Origin: Candidatus Bathyarchaeia archaeon
GTDB taxonomy: Archaea; Thermoproteota; Bathyarchaeia; Bathyarchaeales; Bathycorpusculaceae
Direction of reading: 5' to 3'
DNA: 64,000 nucleotides
Assembly (NCBI GenBank): GCA_049516875.1
Contig: JBEKSS010000003.1
Coordinates: 96,001 to 160,000, forward strand
In this document: positions 9,058 to 18,632 of the stretch, piece after piece
Layout: each line of letters starts with the position of its first letter
Position numbering within the stretch: position 1 is the first letter of the stretch
Notes under the pieces: model-generated
What the model saw: only the letters and a program-made list of their open reading frames with translations
Database searches by the model: none
What the model was told of the DNA's origin: nothing
Made by a program: the position numbers and the translations under genes

Positions 9058-10909
9058 AAGAATAGGCGTTTTGATGTATCAAACAAGCACGAGCAAGGGT
9101 CAAGAACTCGTTGCCCAGCGAATGGTGCGAGACTTTATCTCACTGGGGCATGAAGCCTATTTGATTACTAGCGTTTTTCACGACGGCAAGGAAGTCATCT
9201 CATCCGAGAATTTAACAAAGGGCAAAGGCTACATTTTCGTGGCAGATCCAGAGTTGGGGATTCCAGTTATTCGCGTAGCCAGCTACGTCGTGAAATGGCC
9301 TCGTCGGCGCATAAGCTTTCGAGATTTTGTTCACGTCTTGGAAAGGATTGTTGACGAGTTCAAGCTAAACGTGCTCATAACCCACAGCACTCTCTGGAAT
9401 GGGCCAGAGGAGGTTGCCAAGTTTGTTGCTTGGAGACGATACATGAAGGATTTGGGAGGCTATGTGGACCCCATTGTTTTTTGTCACATGTCTCACTTTC
9501 AAGAACCCTCGGCAGAACATTACCCTCTTGTGGAGAGAACTTTCCGAATGGCCTGGAACAGATTGTCATTGTCTCAGATTCTGAAAACAGCGAATCTCGT
9601 GCTTGTTGTAACGCCCATTGAGAAGGAGACAAAGATCAAGATGGGCGCCGACCCGAAGAAATGCTTTCTCTTCCCCGGCGGTGTGAACGAGGAATTGTTT
9701 CTGCGGTTTGCGGCTGCAGACACCGAGGATTTCCTTAAGGGACATCAAATATCCAAAAATGCAAAGCTAGTGTCTTATCTCGGCACTCTGGAAGAGAGAA
9801 AAAATCCCATGGCTGTTCTAAGAATTGCTGCTATTCTCAAGGACAGACCTGACATCCACTTTGTGATAGCAGGGAGAGGGGGTTCACGCTATGCTGACAG
9901 GCTCAAAGAGAAAGCTAGTCAGCTACCCAACGTAACCTACGTTGGCGAGTTGGACGAAAAAGACAAGACCTCGCTTATCAAGTCTTCATTTGCCAACATC
10001 CTCATGAGCGAAGTAGAAGCGCTTGGTTTGAGTCAACTAGAATTCATGTACATGGGTGTGCCTGTCGTTACTTCTGGAGTTGGGGGTCAGTCATGGCTGG
10101 TGCGAAACGGGCGTGAAGGCATACACACTGAAGGCCCAGAAGATGTTGATGGCGCAGCGAAGGCGATACGAAATCTCGCAGATGATCCTGAGCTGTGGAA
10201 TAGGCTGTCTGTAAACGCAAAGGAAAGGGCAAGGGACATGGCATCCTACAAAATCATAAGAGAATTAGATGATGCAATAACTGGAGAGCTGGTAAAGGAA
10301 AGCGGCTTGATGCTCATACCGCCTGAGACCATCCTAACTTTGGCCGAACCAGAACACGTTTTGAAAACATGGGCAAAAGGAAGTTGGGGAGTAGTTGCCA
10401 CGGACAGAAGACTGTTTATCAGGCATGGACGCATCTCGAGAAAAGTCACAGAGATCCCCTACAAGAGCATAGTGTACATTGAACATACAAGGAGGTACCC
10501 GTGGAAAATCTTGCTGGCTGGACTCTTGCCCGCATTCGTTCTCCTGTTGGAACCTCTGTGGCGATACATTCTCAAGTCGACGTTCATCTCAGTCATTGAA
10601 ACATTGACGAGTTCGATCATAACAATAGTCCCTCAACTCGGATCAGCTCAAATGCTCGTGATTCTTGTCGCCTCGATTCCATGCCTCATAAGCATTGTAG
10701 CGTTTGCGGTTCAAGCAAGAACCGGGTTCAATCTACAGGCGTCGGGGATAAAACTTGCATATCTTCCTCATGGATTCCGAGAAGCAATAGCATTCATAAG
10801 AAGTGTTCAAGATGAGCAGAATGCCGTGTACACAGAGGATGTTCAAACAAGATTACAAAAGCACCGGGCGAAAAAAGGAGTGCGCACGCCAATCAGTAAA
10901 GCGGACTAA
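9050..10909 (+). CDS. GT4 glycosyltransferase fused to a PH-like domain with two TM helices
   Basis: GT-B motifs (GTLEERKNP, EALGLSQLEFM, GVPVV); C-terminal VVATDRRLFI...EIPYKSI plus two hydrophobic segments; overlaps the HAD gene. Confidence 0.85.
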   Translation: MHKRIGVLMYQTSTSKGQELVAQRMVRDFISLGHEAYLITSVFHDGKEVISSENLTKGKGYIFVADPELGIPVIRVASYVVKWPRRRISFRDFVHVLERIVDEFKLNVLITHSTLWNGPEEVAKFVAWRRYMKDLGGYVDPIVFCHMSHFQEPSAEHYPLVERTFRMAWNRLSLSQILKTANLVLVVTPIEKETKIKMGADPKKCFLFPGGVNEELFLRFAAADTEDFLKGHQISKNAKLVSYLGTLEERKNPMAVLRIAAILKDRPDIHFVIAGRGGSRYADRLKEKASQLPNVTYVGELDEKDKTSLIKSSFANILMSEVEALGLSQLEFMYMGVPVVTSGVGGQSWLVRNGREGIHTEGPEDVDGAAKAIRNLADDPELWNRLSVNAKERARDMASYKIIRELDDAITGELVKESGLMLIPPETILTLAEPEHVLKTWAKGSWGVVATDRRLFIRHGRISRKVTEIPYKSIVYIEHTRRYPWKILLAGLLPAFVLLLEPLWRYILKSTFISVIETLTSSIITIVPQLGSAQMLVILVASIPCLISIVAFAVQARTGFNLQASGIKLAYLPHGFREAIAFIRSVQDEQNAVYTEDVQTRLQKHRAKKGVRTPISKAD

Positions 10910-10975
10910 AGCGGAATCAGCAGTTGAACTCCACCCGAAATTCCGGGCAAGTGCTTTTAACTTGTGCCTTGCCGC

Positions 10976-11251
10976 CTATTTTTCCAGCGCGGCGAAGAAC
11001 TTTCGCATACGCTTGAAGGTTTCGAGGTATTCTAATCCCCATTTTGTTGCTCTATATTTCTTCGAGTTCTCGAAGTTGACTTCGTTTATGAAGCCGTGTG
11101 CGACCAAGAAGTTCAGTTCTTTCTTTGTTCTGTCTACTGGCATGTTGGCTCCGTAGGAGACTCTCGTCAGGGAGCAGAGTCCCTTTCTTGCAACTATCTC
11201 TACTATGTCCGCGTAGATGTCGTACTTGGTTCTCCTCTGTTCGCTGGACAA
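10976..11251 (-). CDS. Small winged-helix transcription regulator
   Basis: RRTKYDIYADI...LTRVSYGANM...YRATKWG, typical archaeal wHTH; probable TTG start at 11251. Confidence 0.85.
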   Translation of the reverse strand: MSSEQRRTKYDIYADIVEIVARKGLCSLTRVSYGANMPVDRTKKELNFLVAHGFINEVNFENSKKYRATKWGLEYLETFKRMRKFFAALEK

Positions 11252-11319
11252 GAAGCGGTTTCTCCAAGTTCCACTATTATTAAATGTTGCACATTTAATC
11301 TTAATTGCGGTGAGACAAG

Positions 11320-12147
11320 GTGCACTCAACGGTTTCGAGTCGTAAACAATATCACATCGCTTGTGGGACTGGTGATTTGGCTGAGTACTTGCTCGTGCCA
11401 GGTGACCCGGATCGTGTTCCAAGAATCGCGAAATTCTGGGATTCAGCCAAGAGAGTGGCCAGCCACCGTGAGTTCTGCAGCTACAGGGGCAAGTACAAGG
11501 GCGTGCCTATCTCAGCCCTGTCAAGCGGCATCGGCCCCGCTTGCATGGCTATCGCAGTCAACGAATCTTCAAGCATAGGGGTAAACACCTTCATCCGCGT
11601 CGGAAGCACCGGAGCAATTCAAAAAGACATTGCTTGCGGCGACCTCATCATTTCCAGTGCTGCGGTACGCCTTGACTGCACAAGCAACTGTTACGCTATA
11701 CCCGAGTATCCTGCAGCAGCTAACTACGAGGTGTTGTTGGCCCTGATTGAAGCCGCCGAAAGCTTGAACGTTTGCAACTATCATGTCGGCGTAACAGCGA
11801 CCACCTCAGATTTTTATGCTGGACAGGCTCGGCCGAGTGCTAGAGGCTGTTCATTCAACATGGAGAACCTGCTTCCAACATTACAAAAGGCTGGAATACT
11901 CAGTTTTGATATGGAAACGGCAACATTGTACACTTTGGCAGCGCTTTGCGGGTTGAGGGCGGGCTCTATCTGTGCAGTTTACGCCAACCGGTGTACAAAC
12001 GAGTTCAAACCAGGCGAAGGCGAAGAAAACGCCATAAGAATCGCGAACGAAGCTGTGAAGATACTCAAGGAATGGGACACAGTGAAGAGAAAGAAAGAAA
12101 AGCGGTGGTTGTTTCCATCGCTAATCCACAGCCTGAAACCGAAATAG
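11320..12147 (+). CDS. udp: Uridine phosphorylase family nucleoside phosphorylase
   Basis: PGDPDRV, HREF, GIG, IRVGSTG and DMET motifs. Confidence 0.9.
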   Translation: MHSTVSSRKQYHIACGTGDLAEYLLVPGDPDRVPRIAKFWDSAKRVASHREFCSYRGKYKGVPISALSSGIGPACMAIAVNESSSIGVNTFIRVGSTGAIQKDIACGDLIISSAAVRLDCTSNCYAIPEYPAAANYEVLLALIEAAESLNVCNYHVGVTATTSDFYAGQARPSARGCSFNMENLLPTLQKAGILSFDMETATLYTLAALCGLRAGSICAVYANRCTNEFKPGEGEENAIRIANEAVKILKEWDTVKRKKEKRWLFPSLIHSLKPK

Positions 12148-12275
12148 AACAGGTCATGAATAGGTGGGCCACTGCACAAACATTGAATAATCAACCTCTG
12201 TTCAACAAACAAATCTGGCATCGCGTTTCTCTGCTGGATAAAGCTAAAAGCTACTGTTCAGAATCTCTAAACAGT

Positions 12276-12405
12276 GCCGGGGTGGCGGAGTGGTTATCGC
12301 GCTGGCCTCGAGATCGCACTCTAAAACAGAGGGCCTAGAGCACGGGGGACAAGTAAGCCAGTGGGCCTTTGGCTCGCAGGGGTTCGAGTCCCTTCCCCGG
12401 CGCCA
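12276..12405 (+). tRNA. tRNA-Ser(CGA) with 43-nt intron at 37/38 (12313-12355)
   Basis: Acceptor GCCGGGG/CCCCGGC, anticodon stem CTGGC/GCCAG, anticodon CGA at 12309-12311, long variable arm, TTCGAGT T-loop, encoded CCA. Confidence 0.93.
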
Positions 12406-12577
12406 TTTTACCAATTGAGGCTAGATTTTGAGCTTTTTCGACGGGAAGACCTTGATTTTCGCGTGCGCTACGTAAGAATCGTAGCTGGCATCATAATGTG
12501 TTTCAGTCTACGTATCAGCTGACTAGTCTCAGTCTCAACCAAAACAGTTTTCGGAGTGAAAGGGCACTTATCGTAAC

Positions 12578-13406
12578 ATGCGAGATGCGAGCATAAATGT
12601 AGTGGATCTTGATGAGAAGAATGTTGATGATGCCTTGGATGTCTGCGCATTTCCAAGCGTAAGAAATGAATCGAGCTACCGAAAAGGTTGTGAAATAAGA
12701 AAAAAGTGGTTGATGGACCTCTATAGAACAGTGGGTCCGTGCGCCAAAATTGCCTAATTCGCGAACAAGCCCGTTGGGGCCATCGAGTATACTCCGCTTC
12801 ATTCGATTCCATACTTCAGGACGAGGAGGAGAGATGCCCTCTACATTCATTGCATGTATGTTCCAAAGAGATACAGGCATCGGGGCGTCGGTTCGGCTCT
12901 CTTGGATTCACTAATAAATGAAATGTCAAAACCGAACAAGCTTTTTCGCCAAGTCCCCTGCCGGATGCTTGTCACATCAGCCAGCAAGATCCATGGATAC
13001 ACGCAAGTGGGACTCTTCAAACACAAGGGTTTCAGAAGAATTAAGGGCAACGCAGATGTTGGGCTTGTTCTGTCCTTGTCTGGTACTGTTAAGGATGTGA
13101 AATTGGATATTCCTTCTTCAAAACCCAGAACCGTGAAAGAACATGGCGTCAGAATATTTTTCAAATCCACTTGTCAGTACTGCATGCATACAAATGAGAG
13201 AATGATAAAGGCCGAAATCAGAAAAGTGAACAAAGAAATACCAATCAAAGAATGTAATCTGTGGGATTGCCCTGAAGAGGCTATTCGAAGACGCATCACA
13301 TACGTTGCAACGTACATAAATGGGAAACCCGTTTCTTCCAATGGCACCGCGAAAGCTCCTTGAGACCTTGAGGCGTATGGCTTCGGAACCGAGTGTTAAA
13401 GCTTGA
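12578..13406 (+). pseudogene. GNAT acetyltransferase (YoaP-like, with C-terminal CxxC domain) pseudogene
   Basis: ATG at 12578 is in frame with ORF 12854; internal TAA at 12755-12757; RHRGVGSALL GNAT motif; likely frameshift near 13333. Confidence 0.75.
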
Positions 13407-13461
13407 ATGGACCCTATTAGCCCCAATTACCTCGACGCTGAAACAACGTTATTCTTGCAAT

Positions 13462-13956
13462 TTACTCCTTTCTTGTTTTGAGGGGTATTTCAGTCGTTTC
13501 CTTGCAAGTCTCGAAGACCATGCACGTGAGGGTCTTCTCGATTCCCCTTACGAACCGTAGCTTATCGATAACGAATTGCCCTATCGTGTGAACGCTTTCT
13601 GCTCTGAGTTTTATTAGTAGGTCCCAGTCGCCCGTTATTATGTGCACCTCTTGAACCTCTGGAAACTTGGCAATTTCCGCCGCTCTTTCTCTCTGCGAAA
13701 AAGGCCTCTCCCCATCCCTTACACCGTAAGTTACGGAAGCTAGGATGAAGGCCGTGGTGCCGCAACCAAGTTTCTTTGGATCAAGAACTGCTCTATACTC
13801 TTTTATGACACCTAGCTCTTCCATGCGCTTTATCTTTGCGAAGACGGTTGTTATTGGCGAATCAATTTTTCTGGCAATCTCCCTTGCGGTGAGTTTGCAT
13901 TCTCTCTGCACAAGAGCCAAGATTGCTATGTCTTTCTCGTCGAGTTTCGCTTCCAT
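13462..13956 (-). CDS. Lrp/AsnC family transcriptional regulator
   Basis: LDEKDIAIL HTH plus EVHIITGDWDLL RAM domain. Confidence 0.93.
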   Translation of the reverse strand: MEAKLDEKDIAILALVQRECKLTAREIARKIDSPITTVFAKIKRMEELGVIKEYRAVLDPKKLGCGTTAFILASVTYGVRDGERPFSQRERAAEIAKFPEVQEVHIITGDWDLLIKLRAESVHTIGQFVIDKLRFVRGIEKTLTCMVFETCKETTEIPLKTRKE

Positions 13957-14119
13957 AGCTGTAATTATTACATCTTCTGCTATAAAATGCTAACGTTTTC
14001 TGAAAAATTTCCAATTTTTGTTATAAAAAGTTTATTTTCCAGTACGTACACTTCTACATGCACCAACATTGGTCAATCTGGAAGTGTTCACAAGACATGT
14101 TGAACTCAAAGGTGATTGG

Positions 14120-15109
14120 ATGAGTGAAAAACGTTTCAGCCCGCAGAGAAGTCTGACGATTAGTGAGTTGCCTAGGCCATTGGAGGAATTGTCTGAAGAC
14201 GAAATCCAGAGAAAACATTGCATCAGCAAGATAATGACTTGCACTCTGAAATGCCTAACTCAAGAGTTTACCGACAACGACTTCGAATGGTTGCTGCCAG
14301 TCATTCTTTCCCAGTCAACCGACCCCCTGTGGCCAGACTCATGTGCATCAATCGAGAAGCGCGTTGAGGTCGAAATCTACGGAAAAACAGTCAGAACGAC
14401 GACAAGCATGATAGTTCACAAGATGGTTGCCTGCTCTCTAGCCGTTCCCAAGCTATTCATACTCTCTCCGAACGTAAGGATAGAAAAAAGTGAAAGAGCG
14501 ACCACTGGAATGCACGCCTACGAGTTCACACAACTCGACTTCGAAGCTAGGAACGCCACATCACGAGATATCAGAAACTTTGTTGAAAAAGTTGCCCAGC
14601 GATTGATAGATAGTTTGAAAAAGAACATGAAGGATGAGCTGCTATACCTCAGAAAACATGATGGGTTGAGAACCCCAAGAACCCCTTTCAAAGTCCACGA
14701 TAAGGTAGAACTCGAAGAAGAGTATGGAAAAGAATGGGAACTTCAAATTCCATCTGAAACCGAAGATCCGGTCTGGGTGACCAACATTCCCCGAGAATTC
14801 TACGATTTTGAGGATCTCAAAAGCGGCAGATGGGACAACTACGATCTGTACTTGCCAGGATACGGAGAGGTATTGTCTGGTGCAAGAAGAGAGTTCGAAT
14901 ACGCCAAGATTAGCGGAAAAATGGAGAGAGACGGCGTCAGAAAGGAAAACTATGCGCTGTTGCTAAAACTCGCAAAAGAGGGAAGACTGAAGTCCACAGC
15001 TGGCGCTGGAATAGGCATAGAAAGGCTCGTTAGCTGGATAGTTGGAGCCAAGCACATTGGAGAGACACAGGTTTTTCCCAAAATACCGGGAGTAATCCAT
15101 GACTTATGA
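14120..15109 (+). CDS. asnA: Archaeal asparagine synthetase A (AsnRS-like, no anticodon domain)
   Basis: TDPLWPD, SMIVHK, SPNVRIE, HAYEFTQLDFE, EVLSG, GAGIGIERL and FPKIPG motifs. Confidence 0.92.
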   Translation: MSEKRFSPQRSLTISELPRPLEELSEDEIQRKHCISKIMTCTLKCLTQEFTDNDFEWLLPVILSQSTDPLWPDSCASIEKRVEVEIYGKTVRTTTSMIVHKMVACSLAVPKLFILSPNVRIEKSERATTGMHAYEFTQLDFEARNATSRDIRNFVEKVAQRLIDSLKKNMKDELLYLRKHDGLRTPRTPFKVHDKVELEEEYGKEWELQIPSETEDPVWVTNIPREFYDFEDLKSGRWDNYDLYLPGYGEVLSGARREFEYAKISGKMERDGVRKENYALLLKLAKEGRLKSTAGAGIGIERLVSWIVGAKHIGETQVFPKIPGVIHDL

Positions 15110-15763
15110 ACAGCTGAAAGCGACGCCATCTCAGTTGCAAGGTTGTACATAGTAATGAAAGATTTGCTTGAAGAGAAAAACGCTCAAGCCTTAACCATGG
15201 CGTACGGTGACAACCCGTTGCCCGTCCCGTGCGTTGCCTACGCTAACCTGAGAGATGAGGGAATACCCGCAGCTTGCGAAGCAGACATCAACTCTCTTCT
15301 CTCAATGACGATCATGCATTACATTGCAGAAAAGCCAAGCTTCATGGGCAACATGTTCATCGACCCAGCCGACAAGAACCTTATCATCAGCCATTGCGTA
15401 TGTCCACGAAAAATGCAAGGATACAAGACCAGACCAGCACCCCACATGCTGAGACCTTATCACACTGAAAAATTCACTGGCAGCCTGACAGCTTTCGTCA
15501 AGACGAAAAAAGGCCAAGAAATAACGTTGTGGCGGCTCAGCGGCGATCTCAAAAACATGTTGATTACAAAAGGGATAATTGTGGACAGCGTAGAACACAA
15601 GGGCGAAACTTATTGCAGAGCAAAAATAGAAGTGAGAATCAACAATGCAAGAGAGCTTGTTCACAAGACTTTCGGAAATCATCACATGATAGTCTACGGC
15701 GACTACACAGAGCAGTTAAGAAAGCTCAACGAAATCCTGGGCATAACCACAATAGAAGTATAA
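15110..15763 (+). pseudogene. 5'-truncated L-fucose/L-arabinose isomerase-family C-terminal fragment
   Basis: PCVA...GIPAACEAD, SHC, CR and GNHH.IVYGD motifs; N-terminal half missing; open frame begins right after the asnA stop. Confidence 0.7.
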
Positions 15764-15945
15764 ACACTTTCACAAGTGAGTCCAAACGACTGCCCGTATA
15801 CAGAACCGCCTCAAAGATTATAGTTATTGACTGGCAGATTTGACAACCGCACTATGGAGCGTGCATGCAGGACAGTTAACAGTGATTCGTTTTCTCAATT
15901 CATAATCCATATTAGCTTCAGAACAAAGAAGCCTTTGAGGGTTCA

Positions 15946-16752
15946 ATGTTGACTGAAACTGTAAACGATGAAAAGGTTGTCATATCAACTGAAGCGTTAC
16001 CTTCTAATGAAAGAATAGCTGAGAGGAAGACGATCGTTTACGAAACTCGTGTTGACCCAACCGTGATAAAGGTGGCTGGGGAAAAACTCAAGGATCAGCT
16101 GTTCACTAGATTTGGGTTCTTGAAGCCTAAACCAGGTGAGGTTCAATTCGTTTCCATCGAAAAGTACTACGAACCTTATTCGATGATTAATGGAAAGTAT
16201 TTCATTGATTACTATCGCAAGTGCGCCTACTTGGTTAAGGTTGACGGCAAAGTTCTGGAAGTCGTTCTCTTAAACAACAAGTTTGAGCCCGAACAGTCGA
16301 CGGATTCCTATGCAAAAGATCACAAAGTGATTAGACTCGAGGGAGAAGAGCGGTTAAGGAACGAGGTTAAAGCCTCCCTTATCTTGGATCGGTCGGGACA
16401 AGACGTTACACTTGAAAAACTCCCCTCTGCTCCTTCGGAGAGACACCCTAAGAAAATACTGGCAGAATTTGGCGAACAGGAAATCGCTGGAAACGCGGAC
16501 TTGGACATCATCCGATCCAGAATAGTCAAACGCCCAGAGGACATAAATCGACTTGTCAGTGAGCTTTTTGAAGTTGACGAACGAGCCGTAATCTACACTC
16601 CAAGGTTTAGAATCCTATACAGAAACCTGAAGACAGGCGAGGAGAAGACTGTTGAATTTGACGGCGTTACAGCTGAAAAAATCCAGCAAAGCAAGCACGC
16701 AAGTTCACACTGCATCTCTCCTGTTCCTCCTCCACCTCCTCCACCACCATGA
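15946..16752 (+). CDS. Hypothetical protein with poly-proline C-terminus
   Basis: 268 aa ORF with SD GAGG; ends PVPPPPPPP. Confidence 0.8.
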   Translation: MLTETVNDEKVVISTEALPSNERIAERKTIVYETRVDPTVIKVAGEKLKDQLFTRFGFLKPKPGEVQFVSIEKYYEPYSMINGKYFIDYYRKCAYLVKVDGKVLEVVLLNNKFEPEQSTDSYAKDHKVIRLEGEERLRNEVKASLILDRSGQDVTLEKLPSAPSERHPKKILAEFGEQEIAGNADLDIIRSRIVKRPEDINRLVSELFEVDERAVIYTPRFRILYRNLKTGEEKTVEFDGVTAEKIQQSKHASSHCISPVPPPPPPPP

Positions 16753-16842
16753 ACGCATGCTTGTCTATTTCGTCGAAATCTAGCAAACACTGTCGAAAAT
16801 AAGGAGAGAGAGCGCGCGCTACGGGCAAGACCTGACTAGGGT

Positions 16843-18057
16843 TCATCGCGGCTCCTTAGATGCTGGGGTTCGCTCTTTACGCCCATGTTTCTTGTCGTGT
16901 GTGTACAAGTTTTCGAGCATTTCTACGGCCGCTCCATAGCTGAAGTTCCACGTCCCATCTTTGAACATCTGGTGTATTTCCACATTGTCCCATGTTCCCT
17001 GCAGGTCTCCTAAGAGCATATGGGCATCTTTGATGCACCCTCTCTCTGCCAATTGCCTGAGGGACTTTCGCATGCCTGCGGATTCAAACGCTGGGACTAC
17101 AAGGCGAACGAACAAGGCGTTTCTTTCAAGTATCCTTTCGTAGCTGGTGTTGTATGGAAGATGTTTCAATGCTCCAGTGAATCTCCTCAGGTTCGCGTTG
17201 CTTGGGAAGTCGAGGTAAAACAGGAAGAATAGTGCCGTCTGTTCTTGATTGGGGAACAGGTACACTCTGTAGCCGTTGATCAGTCCTTGAGGGTTAAGGT
17301 TATTCTTGATCCTGCGGGAAACCATCGGGATGAATTTCTTGCCGTTTTTTTCTCCAATTGTTTGTGCTATTTCTGCAACGATTCTTCTTTGTGTCGTCCG
17401 TGCATTGAGTTCCAAACATCGCAGGATGATGAGGTCAATCAAATCAAACTCTGCTCTTCTGCAGTTCTCAGGCTCATCAGGTCTTTCTGCTACAAATGAA
17501 TCGAAGGCTTCTACCCATCTATGCCAGTCGAACACAGAAACGCGCTGTTTTCTGGTGTAGAAATCCATGTCCAACAAAGGATACTTGGGGCTGGCGGTTG
17601 CGTAGATTTTAGAATCAGAAATCAGCTCTCTCTTTGCAAGCTCGTTGAGAAAAGCCTTCAGATCCCTTTCCTTGTCTGGAGGAACAGCGTAGCGAACGTA
17701 GTTACCGAGTTTCCATCCGTCTACAACGGCGAGATATCTCCATAGGGGGAAACTGGTAAGGGCGCGGCCGGCAGCCTCTTCTTTTCCAGTTGGCGCGGAC
17801 GCCAAAACCGAGTAACTCTTCAATCCCAGCTTGGCCTCATTGATAAGCGCTCTGAAACGGACAATATCATCCTTATCAAATCTTCGAATACGATAACTCA
17901 CCGTCTGCTGGGGCGCGCCAACTGCTTCAGCCAACCTGCGAACGTTATAGACACCGTGCGCAAGTATGGCTCTGATAATCTTAAAGTCCAAAGAGTCAAG
18001 CCGCTTGAACTTCTGGGAATATTCAGTCATCGAAGGAAGCAAGCGTTCATAACTCAT
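16843..18057 (-). CDS. Tandem-duplicated Lrp/AsnC-like regulator (two HTH-RAM units)
   Basis: LDSLDFKII..VSYRIRR and FDLIDLIILRCLELNAR HTH starts; likely ATG at 18057. Confidence 0.8.
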   Translation of the reverse strand: MSYERLLPSMTEYSQKFKRLDSLDFKIIRAILAHGVYNVRRLAEAVGAPQQTVSYRIRRFDKDDIVRFRALINEAKLGLKSYSVLASAPTGKEEAAGRALTSFPLWRYLAVVDGWKLGNYVRYAVPPDKERDLKAFLNELAKRELISDSKIYATASPKYPLLDMDFYTRKQRVSVFDWHRWVEAFDSFVAERPDEPENCRRAEFDLIDLIILRCLELNARTTQRRIVAEIAQTIGEKNGKKFIPMVSRRIKNNLNPQGLINGYRVYLFPNQEQTALFFLFYLDFPSNANLRRFTGALKHLPYNTSYERILERNALFVRLVVPAFESAGMRKSLRQLAERGCIKDAHMLLGDLQGTWDNVEIHQMFKDGTWNFSYGAAVEMLENLYTHDKKHGRKERTPASKEPR

Positions 18058-18202
18058 AAACTCGCACCACAGGGTCGAGTTGTCGAAATATGCACGCAAC
18101 CATTCTTAAACATTGCGTACAGAAGTTCCATTCTGTATCGCGCTAGCAATATTGACTAAAGACTTATATGCTTTGTTAGCAGAAATATCATTAGGGGGAA
18201 AA

Positions 18203-18400
18203 ATGAGACCCATAATCCTTGTTGCAATCCTGCTGCTGTCCCTTTTCCTCGTACCAATGACGCTTGCCTTACATCAGTCGCTTCGAATCCCGAAGATCAT
18301 ACTGACTAGGCTCAACCTTGATTCCGGCTGCCAATTGTGCGGAGCCACAACCAAGTCTACTGAGCCTGGAAGCGGCGGTGGAGGGCAGGGCGTCATCTGA
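18203..18400 (+). CDS. Small secreted peptide (65 aa)
   Basis: G-rich SD then MRPIILVAILLLSLFLVPMTLA signal peptide, CxxC and a Gly-rich tail. Confidence 0.6.
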   Translation: MRPIILVAILLLSLFLVPMTLALHQSLRIPKIILTRLNLDSGCQLCGATTKSTEPGSGGGGQGVI

Positions 18401-18632
18401 TTCATGGTAGCAAGTAGGATGCTTGTCTGACAACGTAGGGTCGAGCGGTAATGACTGAGGCAATTGTATACTCCCTTCTCTCCTTTCTCCCTCTTTTGCT
18501 TATTGTCCTCACGAACAACAACGCCCCCTTGCGCAAGGAGCACATACTAAACAAATTGACACGATTTTATTCGTGTGTACAACGACAAATTCGATGAGGC
18601 TTTTCGGTTCTAGCCCTCGAGGTTTGATGAGC

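Noticed and set aside
15107-15109. Selenocysteine readthrough of the asnA TGA
   Set aside because: AsnA ends at its normal C-terminus, the position is not a Cys-equivalent, and no SECIS was recognised
16843-18057. Siroheme decarboxylase (AhbAB/NirDL), which is also a tandem Lrp-like protein
   Set aside because: No HxYxR motif and no heme biosynthesis genes nearby
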